Below, piece by piece: positions 51,323 to 61,583 of a stretch of DNA of 64,000 bases (positions within the stretch are counted from its first letter, which is position 1; the number at the start of each line of letters is the position of its first letter). Under the pieces are notes generated by a model that saw nothing but the letters and a program-made list of their open reading frames with translations, did not search any database and had not been told where the DNA came from. The position numbers were made by a program, and so were the translations under genes. This stretch comes from Pseudomonadota bacterium (GTDB lineage: Bacteria; CALINM01): NCBI GenBank assembly GCA_026418415.1, contig JAOABK010000006.1:7688-71687 (forward strand), read 5' to 3'.

Positions 51323-51345
51323 ATAACCCCCTGAAAAGTGTAAGA

Positions 51346-51375
51346 AAAATACCATAAAAAAACAAGAAAAGTCAA
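51346..51375 (-). promoter_or_regulatory. putative promoter for glyQS-ppdK
   Basis: Minus strand TTGACT, 18 bp spacer, TGn-TATTTT. Confidence 0.4.
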
Positions 51376-51405
51376 GTATTTGCTTAAAATTAGTTTAAAT
51401 TTTGT

Positions 51406-52113
51406 TTATATTTCCTTTAAAGGGATTCTAAAATTATCGATAATATAGAGGAGCAATTTCTTCTCTATTTGTTTATATATAGAATTGTCATAATTTGTTT
51501 TTTCGAACCCCTTGCTTCCTTCAATACATATTCTCACAAATTCTGCTTCTTCATCCATAAGTGGAATAGAATTATCATCTTCACATTTTTGACATAAAAA
51601 ATAGATTAGCTCTTTAATCATCATGAATTTTATATTTCTGTTATCACATGAAAAACATTTAAATGGTGCTAATAATCCTTCTTTTTTTAAAAAATATAAA
51701 AGAAAAAAAATATAATATTTAAAAAAATCTGAATTTACGTGTTCTTCTAATTTAAACAATAGTTTATAAAGAGCTCTATATATATTTTTAGAAATATTCA
51801 TCGAAGTCTTGGTTAATAACATGGAAATATTTAATAGTATATTTATGGTTTGTATATTTTTTTTTATCTCTGAAAAAATATTTCTCACCGATACTTCTTT
51901 TAAATAATATCCATTTCTATTTTCTTGAATTTCAAAAAATGAAATATTGAAGGGGTCCAAATTCCCACCAAATCTTCTTTTACTTCTTTTTGCGCCAAAA
52001 GCAACAACTGAAATGACTCCATTATTCGCAAGAAATATAATCAATTTCTTATCATATTCTCTAAAGTTTTCGACTTTTAAAATTATGCCTTCATCTTTTA
52101 TGTTACTTAACAT
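51406..52113 (-). CDS. recO: DNA repair protein RecO
   Basis: EGIILK...E.DK, GAKRSKRRFGGNL, CxxC...CxxC zinc finger; adjacent to glyQ. Confidence 0.9.
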   Translation of the reverse strand: MLSNIKDEGIILKVENFREYDKKLIIFLANNGVISVVAFGAKRSKRRFGGNLDPFNISFFEIQENRNGYYLKEVSVRNIFSEIKKNIQTINILLNISMLLTKTSMNISKNIYRALYKLLFKLEEHVNSDFFKYYIFFLLYFLKKEGLLAPFKCFSCDNRNIKFMMIKELIYFLCQKCEDDNSIPLMDEEAEFVRICIEGSKGFEKTNYDNSIYKQIEKKLLLYIIDNFRIPLKEI

Positions 52114-53359
52114 ACTTATCTAAAGAAAACATTTTAATCATTTTTGAGAGATACCTTTCAGACACACCTATGATTTCAGAAGTTTTTTTTATGTTTCCTG
52201 ATGTCTCAATTAGCTTGTATTTTATGAATTCTCTCTCAAATGTCCTTTTTGCTTCTTTTAAGAGATTATGATGAAAAAGTTGATCTAATATTATGCTCAA
52301 TTTACCATTCATTAAAATATATTCAGGTAGATCTTTCTGTAATATTGTATTTGTTTTAGAAGTCATATACATTTGTTCAACGAAATTTTTTAGTTCTTTA
52401 ATGTTTCCAGGCCAGCTGTATTTCTCAAGAGTTTCAAGACTTTGTCTTGAAAAATTGAGCCTCTTATTATAATTTTCTGAAAAGTATTCAACAAAATGGA
52501 TCAATAGCGGTTTTATATCTTCTTTTCTTTCCCTTAGAGGAGGTATGTTTAGAATAATATTACTAACATTATGTAGTATTTTTATTGGAGTATTTTTAGG
52601 ATTTACATGAAAATCTGTACAAGAAAGAATCAGCCTTAAATCATCTATATGATTAAGTATTATCTCTTGAGCCTCTTGTGTTAAATTTTTGAAATCTTTT
52701 ATATATAATGTTCCATTTTTAGCAAGATATATCTTTTCCATAAGATTATTTGGTTTAAGATGCCACTGATTAAAACAATTTATTTCTACAAAATTCCCCT
52801 CTCTTTTAGAAGCATTATGAACCATTTTAGCCAAGAATTCCTTGCCTGTTCCTTCTTCTCCTAAAAATACAATGGTCAAGTTTGTGTTAATTATGGAATT
52901 TAATTCATCTAAAAGTTTTTTCATCTTTGGAGATTCGGCTATTATGATGAAATCTTTCTTTAATTGTTCTTTTAAATACCTGTTTTCGTAAAGCAGTTTT
53001 TGATATTTAATTGCATTTTCTATTAATAATGTTAGCCTGTCTAAAGAAATTGGTTTTTCGATAAAATCATATGACCCAATCTTTGTTGTTTTAACAGCTG
53101 TTTCAATCGTGCCATGCCCTGACATCATAATTACAGGTATCTGAGGTAGTTCATCCTTTATTTCTTTTAAAGCTTCAACCCCATCCTTGCCAGGCATCCA
53201 AATATCCAAAAGAACTACATCAGGGATAACTTCTCTAACTAATTTAACTCCACTTATCCCATCTTCAGCAGTATATACCTGATAGCCTTCATCTTCGAGA
53301 ACGCCCTTTAAAGAATCCCTAATTGGTTTTTCATCATCAATAACCAAAACTTTATACAT
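52103..53359 (-). CDS. ntrX: NtrX-like response regulator with degenerate sigma54-activator AAA+ domain
   Basis: Receiver (VIDDE, LDIWMP, SGHG, EKP); GEEGTGKE; PPLRERKEDI; WPGNIKELKN; HTH; no GAFTGA. Confidence 0.8.
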   Translation of the reverse strand: MYKVLVIDDEKPIRDSLKGVLEDEGYQVYTAEDGISGVKLVREVIPDVVLLDIWMPGKDGVEALKEIKDELPQIPVIMMSGHGTIETAVKTTKIGSYDFIEKPISLDRLTLLIENAIKYQKLLYENRYLKEQLKKDFIIIAESPKMKKLLDELNSIINTNLTIVFLGEEGTGKEFLAKMVHNASKREGNFVEINCFNQWHLKPNNLMEKIYLAKNGTLYIKDFKNLTQEAQEIILNHIDDLRLILSCTDFHVNPKNTPIKILHNVSNIILNIPPLRERKEDIKPLLIHFVEYFSENYNKRLNFSRQSLETLEKYSWPGNIKELKNFVEQMYMTSKTNTILQKDLPEYILMNGKLSIILDQLFHHNLLKEAKRTFEREFIKYKLIETSGNIKKTSEIIGVSERYLSKMIKMFSLDKYVK

Positions 53360-55529
53360 CCTTTCCCCTTTCTATAGGTAAATATATAATAAACTCGCTT
53401 CCTTTTGGTTTGACATCGCTTACTTTAATGAAGCCACCGTGTTCGGTTACTATATTATTGACAATATAAAGACCTAATCCAGTGCCACCCTGTTTTCTTG
53501 AAAAATAGGGTTCGAAAAGTCTTTCCTTATACTCATCTTTTATACCCTTTCCATTGTCTGATATTGAAATTAAAACTCGCTTTTCGTTCTCATCAAAATA
53601 TGTTTTTATTACAATTTTTCCATCATTAGATTGTTCAATGGCTTCAACAGCATTTTTCATTATGTTAATAAATGCCCTTTTTAATTGTTCTCTATCACAA
53701 TAAACCTCTGGCAAGGCCTCATCAGGAAAAAACTTTATATCTACATTTTTATGAGCTTCCTTGAAAAGCAAATAGACTTCATTTAGTATGTTGTTTATAT
53801 TTTCATTGTTAAATTTCAAAACTGGCATTCTACCAAAATTAGAGAACTCATTTATAAGGTTTTTAATATCTTCAACTTGGGTAATTATCACGTCAATACA
53901 ATCATTAAAGGTTTTTCTTTCCTCTTCATTGGGAATTAATTTTTCATATTTTTTCTTTAATCTATTTGCTGATAGTTGGATTGGTGTTAAAGGGTTTTTA
54001 ATCTCATGGGCAACTTTTCTTGCTACCTCTCTCCATGCTAACATTTTTTGAAATCTTATATTTTCAGTAATATCATCAAATACTCCAACGATACTCAAAA
54101 GTCTTTGTTGTTCATCATACATTGGGTATATATCCACCTTGAGATATTTTTCTTTTCCCTTAAGGTTAAAAGTAAGTATCCTTTCAAAATAGTGACCTTT
54201 CAACGCCTCTGAAAATATTTTTATTAATTCAAGAGAATTATCTATGTTTGAGAAAATAGTTTTTAGATCTGAAGGAACATTATCTTTGATTTCGAAAATA
54301 TTTTTAAAAGCCTCATTAATAGTTAACACTTTGAAATCAGGAGAGAATGAAATTATACCGGTGGAAACTTTATTCATCAATATTCTCAAATAATTTGATT
54401 GAGACTCTATAATTTCATTTTTTTGCTTAAGGTCTGCAAGCATTTTATTAAATGCCATTGCCAATTGTCCAATTTCATCTTTTGTTGTAACTGGAACTTG
54501 TATACTTAAATTTCCCGAGGAGACATTAATAGAAGCTTCTGTCATATAATCAAGGGGTTCTATGATACGGTTTGCCATATGTATACCAAAGGAAATAGAA
54601 ATAAAAATTACAATTAAAGTTGTAATTAATAGCATCACGACTAAGCCAGATTTAAGAGGTTTTTTAAACATAAGCAATTTAGAATACTTTTCATAGGTTT
54701 CTGTAATAAATTGCATCTTACTAACCATACTATGGGGAATGTAATAACTAACTACCACTACTCCTACTGGTTCGTTCGTCATAAATGTGGAATATATAGG
54801 TACAGATGCCCTTATTATGTCTCCAGTAGCGGATTCCTCAACCATTATTGTTTCCTTATTGTTTAAAGCATCTTGAATTATGCTTGATTGTGGATCTGTT
54901 GGTTTTGCAAAATCTGGTATCTCTTTAACTAATGGCTCTTTTAGTGAAGAAAAAACTTCAACAGATTCTAAGTTGTATTCTCTTTTTTTATTACCCACAT
55001 ATTTAGCAAGAAACCTTAAATTTTCTTGATTAAGCAATTTGTTTTCTTTAATAAAATTGCTTAAACTTCTTGCATAAAAAAGTGCATTATCTGAAGAATT
55101 TTTATAAAAAGTTTTTGCTACTTTTAAAGATTCATCAAGTGATTTTTCTAATTGAATATTAAACCACCTTTCAATACTTGTAGTAATAAATGTCGATGCT
55201 ATTGTAAAGAGGAGGAATCCTGGAAGTATTGAAAGAATTAAGTTTGAAAGAACAAGCTTATATTTTATTTTAGAACCAATGCCTTTATATTCGAAAAGAA
55301 CTTTCAAAAAATTTCGAATTATTAAATAAACAAGCACTAGTAAAAGAATTAGGTTAATGTTAATTAGCACCACTACTACAATTTCAGCAGGAAAGGGTAG
55401 AACACCAGTTTGTCGCGAAATTACCAACTGTAAAGAGAATAAGATTATTAGCAGAACCGCTACTATTAAAATATATATTCTTTCCCTTTTTCTTTTTCTT
55501 TCTTCATATATTTTTTTGTTTTCTAACAT
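53352..55529 (-). CDS. ntrY: NtrY-like sensor histidine kinase (TM-periplasmic-HAMP-PAS-HK)
   Basis: AWREVARKVAHEIKNPLTPIQL, N box NIMKNA, DNGKG, GTGLGL. Confidence 0.9.
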   Translation of the reverse strand: MLENKKIYEERKRKRERIYILIVAVLLIILFSLQLVISRQTGVLPFPAEIVVVVLININLILLLVLVYLIIRNFLKVLFEYKGIGSKIKYKLVLSNLILSILPGFLLFTIASTFITTSIERWFNIQLEKSLDESLKVAKTFYKNSSDNALFYARSLSNFIKENKLLNQENLRFLAKYVGNKKREYNLESVEVFSSLKEPLVKEIPDFAKPTDPQSSIIQDALNNKETIMVEESATGDIIRASVPIYSTFMTNEPVGVVVVSYYIPHSMVSKMQFITETYEKYSKLLMFKKPLKSGLVVMLLITTLIVIFISISFGIHMANRIIEPLDYMTEASINVSSGNLSIQVPVTTKDEIGQLAMAFNKMLADLKQKNEIIESQSNYLRILMNKVSTGIISFSPDFKVLTINEAFKNIFEIKDNVPSDLKTIFSNIDNSLELIKIFSEALKGHYFERILTFNLKGKEKYLKVDIYPMYDEQQRLLSIVGVFDDITENIRFQKMLAWREVARKVAHEIKNPLTPIQLSANRLKKKYEKLIPNEEERKTFNDCIDVIITQVEDIKNLINEFSNFGRMPVLKFNNENINNILNEVYLLFKEAHKNVDIKFFPDEALPEVYCDREQLKRAFINIMKNAVEAIEQSNDGKIVIKTYFDENEKRVLISISDNGKGIKDEYKERLFEPYFSRKQGGTGLGLYIVNNIVTEHGGFIKVSDVKPKGSEFIIYLPIERGKDV

Positions 55530-55574
55530 TGTAGTTTTATGATACATTTTTTTAAAAACACAAACAACACAAAC

Positions 55575-56957
55575 ATGAGGATAATTGCATACGGTGCAGT
55601 CGAAGGTGTAACTGGTTCTTGCTTTTTATTAGAGCATGAAGAATGTAAGATTCTCGTAGATTGCGGCCTTTTTCAGGGAGATTTTGATAGTACAGATCAA
55701 GAATTTCCTTTTAATGCCAGTAAAATAGATTTTGTTATTATCACACACGCACATTTAGACCATATTGGCAGAATACCCCTTCTCATTAAAAGAGGCTTTA
55801 AAGGTAAAATAATCTGTACAAAAGCAACTTTTGAGTTAGGCAGGCTTATGCTAATTGATGCTGCAAAAGTAATGTATGAAGATTATTTGGTAAAATCAAG
55901 AAAAGCTGAAAGAAGAGGGGAATCTGTCAATCCACCTTTATATACAGAAGATGATATTATTGAAAGTTACGATTATTTTAAAACTGTTGAGTATAAAGAA
56001 ACCATGCGCTTAAATAAAAACATTACCTTTACATTGAAAGATGCTGGACATATACTTGGTTCATCTTATATTCAGTTTTCAATCCATGAAGGAGGTAAAG
56101 AAAAGAAAATAATTTTCTCAGGTGATCTTGGTAACAGAAATAAACCCATTGTTAGAAATCCTTCACCACCTGATGATGGAGAAACAGTTTTTATCGAAGC
56201 AACTTATGGAGATAGAGAACATAAGAAATTTGACGAATCTAAAAGAGAGCTTAAGGAAGCTATAGATTATGCTTTTAAAAATAATGGAAATGTGATAATT
56301 CCTACTTTTGCGCTTGAAAGGGCTCAAGAGCTTTTATATCTCTTAAGAGAAATGTACGAAGAAAAACTATTACCCCCTTGTAAGGTTTTTTTAGATAGCC
56401 CTCTTGCAATATCTGCAACAGAACTTTTTAAAAGACACATAGAATATTTTGATAAAGAAGCCTGTGATATGATTAAGAAGGGTAGGGATCCATTTTCTTT
56501 TCCCTATCTTATATATACAAGAAGTGTTGAAGAATCAAAATCGATTAACTACTATAGAGGAAATTCTATAATAATTGCTGGCTCAGGAATGTGTAATGGT
56601 GGAAGAATATTACATCATCTAAAACACAACCTATGGAATCCAAATAATAGTATTGTTTTTATAGGGTTTCAAGCAAAAGGAACTTTAGGACGTAAGATTG
56701 TTGACGGTGAAAGGTTTGTGAACATTTATGGTGAGCAAATCAAAGTAAATGCCCGTGTATTTACAATAAATGGTTTTTCTTCTCACGCTGATAAGTTAAT
56801 ACTAAAAAACTGGTTATCACAAATAAAATCATTGAAGAATATATATCTGATACACGGAGAAAAGGATATTATGGAAAAATTTTCACAGTATTTAAAGGAA
56901 AGTTTTTCTGAAGTTAATGTTTGTATACCAAAATTTGGAGAAGCAATTGAAATCTGA
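55575..56957 (+). CDS. metallo-beta-lactamase / beta-CASP RNA-processing nuclease
   Basis: VTGSC, THAHLDHIG, AGHILGS, SGDLG, EATYGDR, GMCNGGRI, GFSSHAD, IHGE. Confidence 0.92.
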   Translation: MRIIAYGAVEGVTGSCFLLEHEECKILVDCGLFQGDFDSTDQEFPFNASKIDFVIITHAHLDHIGRIPLLIKRGFKGKIICTKATFELGRLMLIDAAKVMYEDYLVKSRKAERRGESVNPPLYTEDDIIESYDYFKTVEYKETMRLNKNITFTLKDAGHILGSSYIQFSIHEGGKEKKIIFSGDLGNRNKPIVRNPSPPDDGETVFIEATYGDREHKKFDESKRELKEAIDYAFKNNGNVIIPTFALERAQELLYLLREMYEEKLLPPCKVFLDSPLAISATELFKRHIEYFDKEACDMIKKGRDPFSFPYLIYTRSVEESKSINYYRGNSIIIAGSGMCNGGRILHHLKHNLWNPNNSIVFIGFQAKGTLGRKIVDGERFVNIYGEQIKVNARVFTINGFSSHADKLILKNWLSQIKSLKNIYLIHGEKDIMEKFSQYLKESFSEVNVCIPKFGEAIEI

Positions 56958-57000
56958 CGCTTAGTTAATTAATAAAATTAAAGTTTTTGGATAGTTAATC

Positions 57001-58086
57001 ATGATAAAAAGAAAAATTACAAAAAAGATATGGTTGGGTAATGTTGCAATTGGTGGAGGTGAACCTGTAATTATTCAGTCAATGACTAACACATTGACAA
57101 AGGATGTAAAATCTACGATAAGACAGATAAAAGCTCTTTGGAAGTTAGGTTGTGAAGTAATTAGAGTAGCCATACCTGATGAAGAATCAACATACAGTTT
57201 AAAAGAAATTACAAAAAAAAGCCCTATGCCTGTCATTGCTGACATTCATTTTGATTACAAATTAGCCATAGAATCAATAAAACAAGGCGCCCATGGTATT
57301 AGAATAAACCCTGGCAACATAAAAAATAGAGAAAAAATTAAAGAAATACTAAATATTGCAAAAGAATATAATACATGTATAAGAATTGGTGTTAATTCTG
57401 GTTCATTAGATTATGATTTAAGAAGAAAATATAAAGAAAATATCCATTTGGGACTTGTTGAAAGTGCTATCAATTACATTAAATTTTTTGAAGATAATGA
57501 TTTCACTAATATAAAAGTTTCATTAAAATCAGCTGATGTTATAACAACTATACTTGCATACGAAAAATTTTCCGAAATAAGTGACTACCCCTTACATTTA
57601 GGTATAACTGAAGCAGGTACTGAACTACCTGGTACAATTCGTTCATCAATTGGTATAGGTTATCTTTTATTAAAAGGTATTGGTGATACAATAAGAGTAT
57701 CCTTAACCGCTCCTCCATCAAAAGAGATAATAGTGGCAAAAGAAATACTAAAAAATGTTGGTCTTAGAAAATTAGGTCCAATATTAATATCATGTCCTAC
57801 TTGTGCTAGAAGAGATATAGATGTAATTTTGCTTGCCCATAAAGTAGAAAAACTATTATCATTTGTTAAATCCCCTATTAAGGTTGCTGTTATGGGATGT
57901 GCAGTAAACGGACCTGGTGAAGCGATGGATGCAGATATTGGCATAGCAGGATCAAAGGAAGGCGGTATAATCTTTAAAAAAGGCAGGGTATTTAAAAAAA
58001 TAAAAAATGATAACGAACTTTTAAAAGAATTTTTAAAGGAGATCAAAATGTTAGATAAGGAATGGCAAAATAAGGAGGAGTCGTAA
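57001..58086 (+). CDS. ispG: HMBPP synthase (MEP pathway)
   Basis: IQSMTNT, ADIHF, RINPGN, CPTCAR, MGCAVNGPGE. Confidence 0.98.
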   Translation: MIKRKITKKIWLGNVAIGGGEPVIIQSMTNTLTKDVKSTIRQIKALWKLGCEVIRVAIPDEESTYSLKEITKKSPMPVIADIHFDYKLAIESIKQGAHGIRINPGNIKNREKIKEILNIAKEYNTCIRIGVNSGSLDYDLRRKYKENIHLGLVESAINYIKFFEDNDFTNIKVSLKSADVITTILAYEKFSEISDYPLHLGITEAGTELPGTIRSSIGIGYLLLKGIGDTIRVSLTAPPSKEIIVAKEILKNVGLRKLGPILISCPTCARRDIDVILLAHKVEKLLSFVKSPIKVAVMGCAVNGPGEAMDADIGIAGSKEGGIIFKKGRVFKKIKNDNELLKEFLKEIKMLDKEWQNKEES

Positions 58087-58088
58087 CT

Positions 58089-59795
58089 ATGAAATTATCT
58101 GAATATTTTTTGCCCACATTAAAAGAAGATCCTTCTGATGCAGAAGTTGTTAGTCATAAATTGATGATTAGAGCTGGCATGATAAGAAAACTTGCCAGTG
58201 GGATATATAGCTACTTACCTTATGGACTAAAGGCTATACAGAAAGTTGAAAAAATAATAAGAGAAGAAATGGAGAAAGCAGGGGCAATAGAAGTACTAAT
58301 GCCATCAGTTCAACCTAAGGAATTATGGGAAGAAAGTGGCAGATGGAACTATTATGGCAAAGAATTACTGAGGTTTGTTGATAGGGCAGGGCGAGAGTTT
58401 TGTTATGGTCCTACCCATGAAGAAGTAATAACTGATCTGGTAAGAAATAATATAAGGTCTTACCGTGACTTACCTAAAAATCTATTTCAAATACAAACAA
58501 AATTTAGAGACGAAATAAGACCGCGTTTTGGAGTTATGAGAGCAAGAGAATTTATAATGAAAGACGGTTATAGCTTTGACATTGACGAAGAAAGTGCAGA
58601 GAGAACATACATGAAAATGTATGAAGCCTATTGTAATATTTTTAAAAGGTGTGATCTTGACTTTAGGGCTGTGGAAGCAGATACTGGTAATATTGGTGGT
58701 AGTTTTTCCCATGAGTTTATGGTTATTGCCGAAAGTGGCGAAGATACAATATTTTTATGTAGACATTGCAACTACTCTGCAAACAAAGAAAAAACTGAGG
58801 TAGGAGAAAAGGTCTGTAATATAAATATTAATGAAGAATTAAAACCCTTAGAAAAAATTCACACACCCAATAAAAAAACAATAGAAGAAGTATCGGGTTT
58901 TCTAAATGTACCACCTACAAAATTAGTTAAAACAGTTATTTATTTAGTTGACTCAGTCTTGCACATGGTACTAATACGAGGAGATAGAGAAGCAAATGAG
59001 ATAAAAGTGAAAAATTATCTTAAAGCAAATGAAATTAGACTGGCTACAAATGAGGAGATTGAAAATACCTTGGGTATACCTGTCGGTTTTATGGGACCCT
59101 ATAAATTAAAAAATATTCGAATTATTGCTGATATATCACTTAAAGGTTTAAAAAATTTTGTTACAGGAGCAAATGAGACTGATTACCATTTAGTTAATGC
59201 AAACTTTGAAAGGGATATTCATGTTAATGAGTATGCTGATATTTCAGAAGCAAAAGATGGAGACCCCTGCCCAAGATGTGATAATGGGGAGTTATATAGC
59301 AAAAAAGGAATTGAAGTTGGACATATATTCAAGTTAGGTACAAAATATAGCCTTGCTATGAATGCTTTCTATCTTGATGAAAAGGGGCAAGAAAAACCAA
59401 TGATTATGGGTTGTTATGGAATAGGGGTAGGAAGAACGGTTGCAGCATCAATTGAACAAAATCATGATCAAGATGGAATTATTTTTCCAATTCCCTTGGC
59501 TCCTTTTCAAGTTATAATTGTACCTTTAGACATTAAAAATCATGAAATTATTGAAGTTTCAAATAACTTATATAAAAAATTTAGAGAAATTGGTATCGAA
59601 GTTCTAATTGATGATCGAGATGAAAGACCTGGGGTTAAATTTAAAGATGCAGACCTTATTGGAGTTCCTTTTAGAATAAATATAGGTAATACTTACAAAA
59701 AGGAAAACAAATTAGAAGTGTTTTATAGAAAAACTAAAGAGAAAAATTTGATGAATTTTCAAGAAGTTATAGAGTTTTTTAAAAATAAATTTTAA
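58089..59795 (+). CDS. proS: proline--tRNA ligase with editing domain
   Basis: GPTHEE, KFRDEIRPRFG..RAREF, IEVGHIFKLG, MGCYGIG. Confidence 0.99.
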   Translation: MKLSEYFLPTLKEDPSDAEVVSHKLMIRAGMIRKLASGIYSYLPYGLKAIQKVEKIIREEMEKAGAIEVLMPSVQPKELWEESGRWNYYGKELLRFVDRAGREFCYGPTHEEVITDLVRNNIRSYRDLPKNLFQIQTKFRDEIRPRFGVMRAREFIMKDGYSFDIDEESAERTYMKMYEAYCNIFKRCDLDFRAVEADTGNIGGSFSHEFMVIAESGEDTIFLCRHCNYSANKEKTEVGEKVCNININEELKPLEKIHTPNKKTIEEVSGFLNVPPTKLVKTVIYLVDSVLHMVLIRGDREANEIKVKNYLKANEIRLATNEEIENTLGIPVGFMGPYKLKNIRIIADISLKGLKNFVTGANETDYHLVNANFERDIHVNEYADISEAKDGDPCPRCDNGELYSKKGIEVGHIFKLGTKYSLAMNAFYLDEKGQEKPMIMGCYGIGVGRTVAASIEQNHDQDGIIFPIPLAPFQVIIVPLDIKNHEIIEVSNNLYKKFREIGIEVLIDDRDERPGVKFKDADLIGVPFRINIGNTYKKENKLEVFYRKTKEKNLMNFQEVIEFFKNKF

Positions 59796-59830
59796 AAATA
59801 TTTTATAAGTAATTAAAATTTAAGGACAAA

Positions 59831-60511
59831 ATGAAAAAATATTCAAAAAAAGTTATCTTAGCATTAGATACAACGGATACTCAAAAAATTAATTTTCTAT
59901 TTAAAGAGCTTAGCGGTATCATCGAAATTATAAAAATAGGTTATCAATCTTTTATCCATTTTGGACCAGATATTGTACAAAAGGCAATAGGTGCTGGATT
60001 TAAAGTTTTTTTAGACTTGAAACTACATGACATACCAAACACCATCGAAAAGGCTATAGAATCATGCATTAAGCACAGAATTCATATGGTTACTCTCCAC
60101 GTCTCTGGTGGAAGGGAAATGATAGAAAAGGCAATTTCAGCAAAGCAACAGTTCAAAAGTGATATAAAGCTTTTAGGTGTAACAGTTTTAACATCCTTCG
60201 ATGATATCGGTTTTAAAGAATTAAATTATAGATTACCTCTTAAGGAAATGGTTAAATTTTTTGCAGTTAAAGCAAAAATGTGGGGAATGGATGGAATAAT
60301 ATGCTCTCCTATGGAGATAAAAGATTTAAGACAGGAGATCGGTAAGAATTTATTAATTATTACACCGGGTATAAGATTTGATAAAGGACAAGATGATCAA
60401 AAAAGAACTTTGTCTCCAAATGAAGCTTTTGAAGCTGGTGCGGACTATATTGTTGTCGGTAGGCCCATTTTAAAATCAGACAATCCAAAAAATTTTTTTG
60501 AAAATATATAA
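59831..60511 (+). CDS. pyrF: orotidine-5'-phosphate decarboxylase
   Basis: LALD, DLKLHDIPNT, VTVLTS, TPGIR, VVGRPI. Confidence 0.98.
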   Translation: MKKYSKKVILALDTTDTQKINFLFKELSGIIEIIKIGYQSFIHFGPDIVQKAIGAGFKVFLDLKLHDIPNTIEKAIESCIKHRIHMVTLHVSGGREMIEKAISAKQQFKSDIKLLGVTVLTSFDDIGFKELNYRLPLKEMVKFFAVKAKMWGMDGIICSPMEIKDLRQEIGKNLLIITPGIRFDKGQDDQKRTLSPNEAFEAGADYIVVGRPILKSDNPKNFFENI

Positions 60512-60514
60512 TTT

Positions 60515-61210
60515 ATGCTTATATATGGTCTGCATCCTGTAATTAATTTTTTGAAATATAAAAAAAATGTTGTAAAAAAAGTTTACTGCAATAGTGATGT
60601 CTATAAAAAATATGTAAGAGATCTTTGGTCACAACCAATAATCCTTGAAAATAGAGAATTAAGAAAGCTTCTAAACATTGATGAACACCAAGGTATAGTT
60701 GCTGATATTAGTCACTTTCCTTATGTTAATTTTGAAGAGGCATCTAAAAAATCTAAAATTATATGTATTTTAGATCATATTGAAGATCCGAGAAATTTAG
60801 GAGCGATAATTAGGAATGCCCTTGCTTTTAATATAGATTTATTAGTTATACCTAATAAGAGAGCCTGTGAGGTAAATAGTACAGTAATTAAAACATCTGC
60901 TGGAGCATCTGCAATAGTTCCAGTTTCAATGGTTCCTAATATAAATAATGCTATAAGGGATCTTAAAAATAATGGTTTCTGGATATATGGATTAGAATCT
61001 CAAGGTAGTATAGCATTAAAGGATATAAAGTTTGATGGTAAAGTAGTAATAGTTTTAGGAAGTGAAGGAAAAGGTATCCATAATCTTACAAAAAAACTTT
61101 GTGATTATTTAGTTTATATTGAAACCGATAAAAAAGTCTCATCGTTAAATGTATCTTCAGCATCAGCCATTGCTTTCTATAAAATATATTCTGAACTTTA
61201 CGTCGCATAA
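60515..61210 (+). CDS. rlmB: 23S rRNA Gm2251 methyltransferase (SPOUT)
   Basis: YGLHPV, HQGIVA, DPRNLGAIIR, GSEGKG, SLNVS. Confidence 0.92.
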   Translation: MLIYGLHPVINFLKYKKNVVKKVYCNSDVYKKYVRDLWSQPIILENRELRKLLNIDEHQGIVADISHFPYVNFEEASKKSKIICILDHIEDPRNLGAIIRNALAFNIDLLVIPNKRACEVNSTVIKTSAGASAIVPVSMVPNINNAIRDLKNNGFWIYGLESQGSIALKDIKFDGKVVIVLGSEGKGIHNLTKKLCDYLVYIETDKKVSSLNVSSASAIAFYKIYSELYVA

Positions 61211-61236
61211 GATATATTATGTAAACAAACATATAC

Positions 61237-61265
61237 TTGAGATTTTTGCATCTTGAGTTTAGAAT
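61237..61265 (+). promoter_or_regulatory. putative leaderless promoter
   Basis: TTGAGA, 17 bp spacer, TAGAAT; 6 nt to ATG 61272. Confidence 0.5.
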
Positions 61266-61271
61266 TATAAC

Positions 61272-61583
61272 ATGAATTTTAACATTGCTGATTTCATAGA
61301 GTTTATAAAAAGTATTCTATTCAAATTTCCAACAAATACAGAGCAGTTAAAAGAAAATCCATTACCACCTTTTATAGCTATTATTCTGTTGTATCTTCTT
61401 TTAAGAAGAAAGTTTAAAAAATTTCTTAATGTAATTTTTATTTTGTTTATATTTTTATTTGGCTATTTTTATGGCATAGTACATCCTCTTGAAAATGAGA
61501 CGGTAAGTATTGCTATTTTTGCATTTTCTTCCCTTATTTCCTTAGTACTTTTAATATTTTATTTTTTTGTAAAGGATGAATAA
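61272..61583 (+). CDS. small hypothetical membrane protein (~3 TM)
   Basis: Three hydrophobic segments; TAATG translational coupling to the next gene. Confidence 0.7.
   Translation: MNFNIADFIEFIKSILFKFPTNTEQLKENPLPPFIAIILLYLLLRRKFKKFLNVIFILFIFLFGYFYGIVHPLENETVSIAIFAFSSLISLVLLIFYFFVKDE

Noticed and set aside
55575-56957. Antibiotic-resistance beta-lactamase or anti-phage nuclease
   Set aside because: Motifs match housekeeping beta-CASP RNA-metabolising enzymes, and the gene context is core metabolism.
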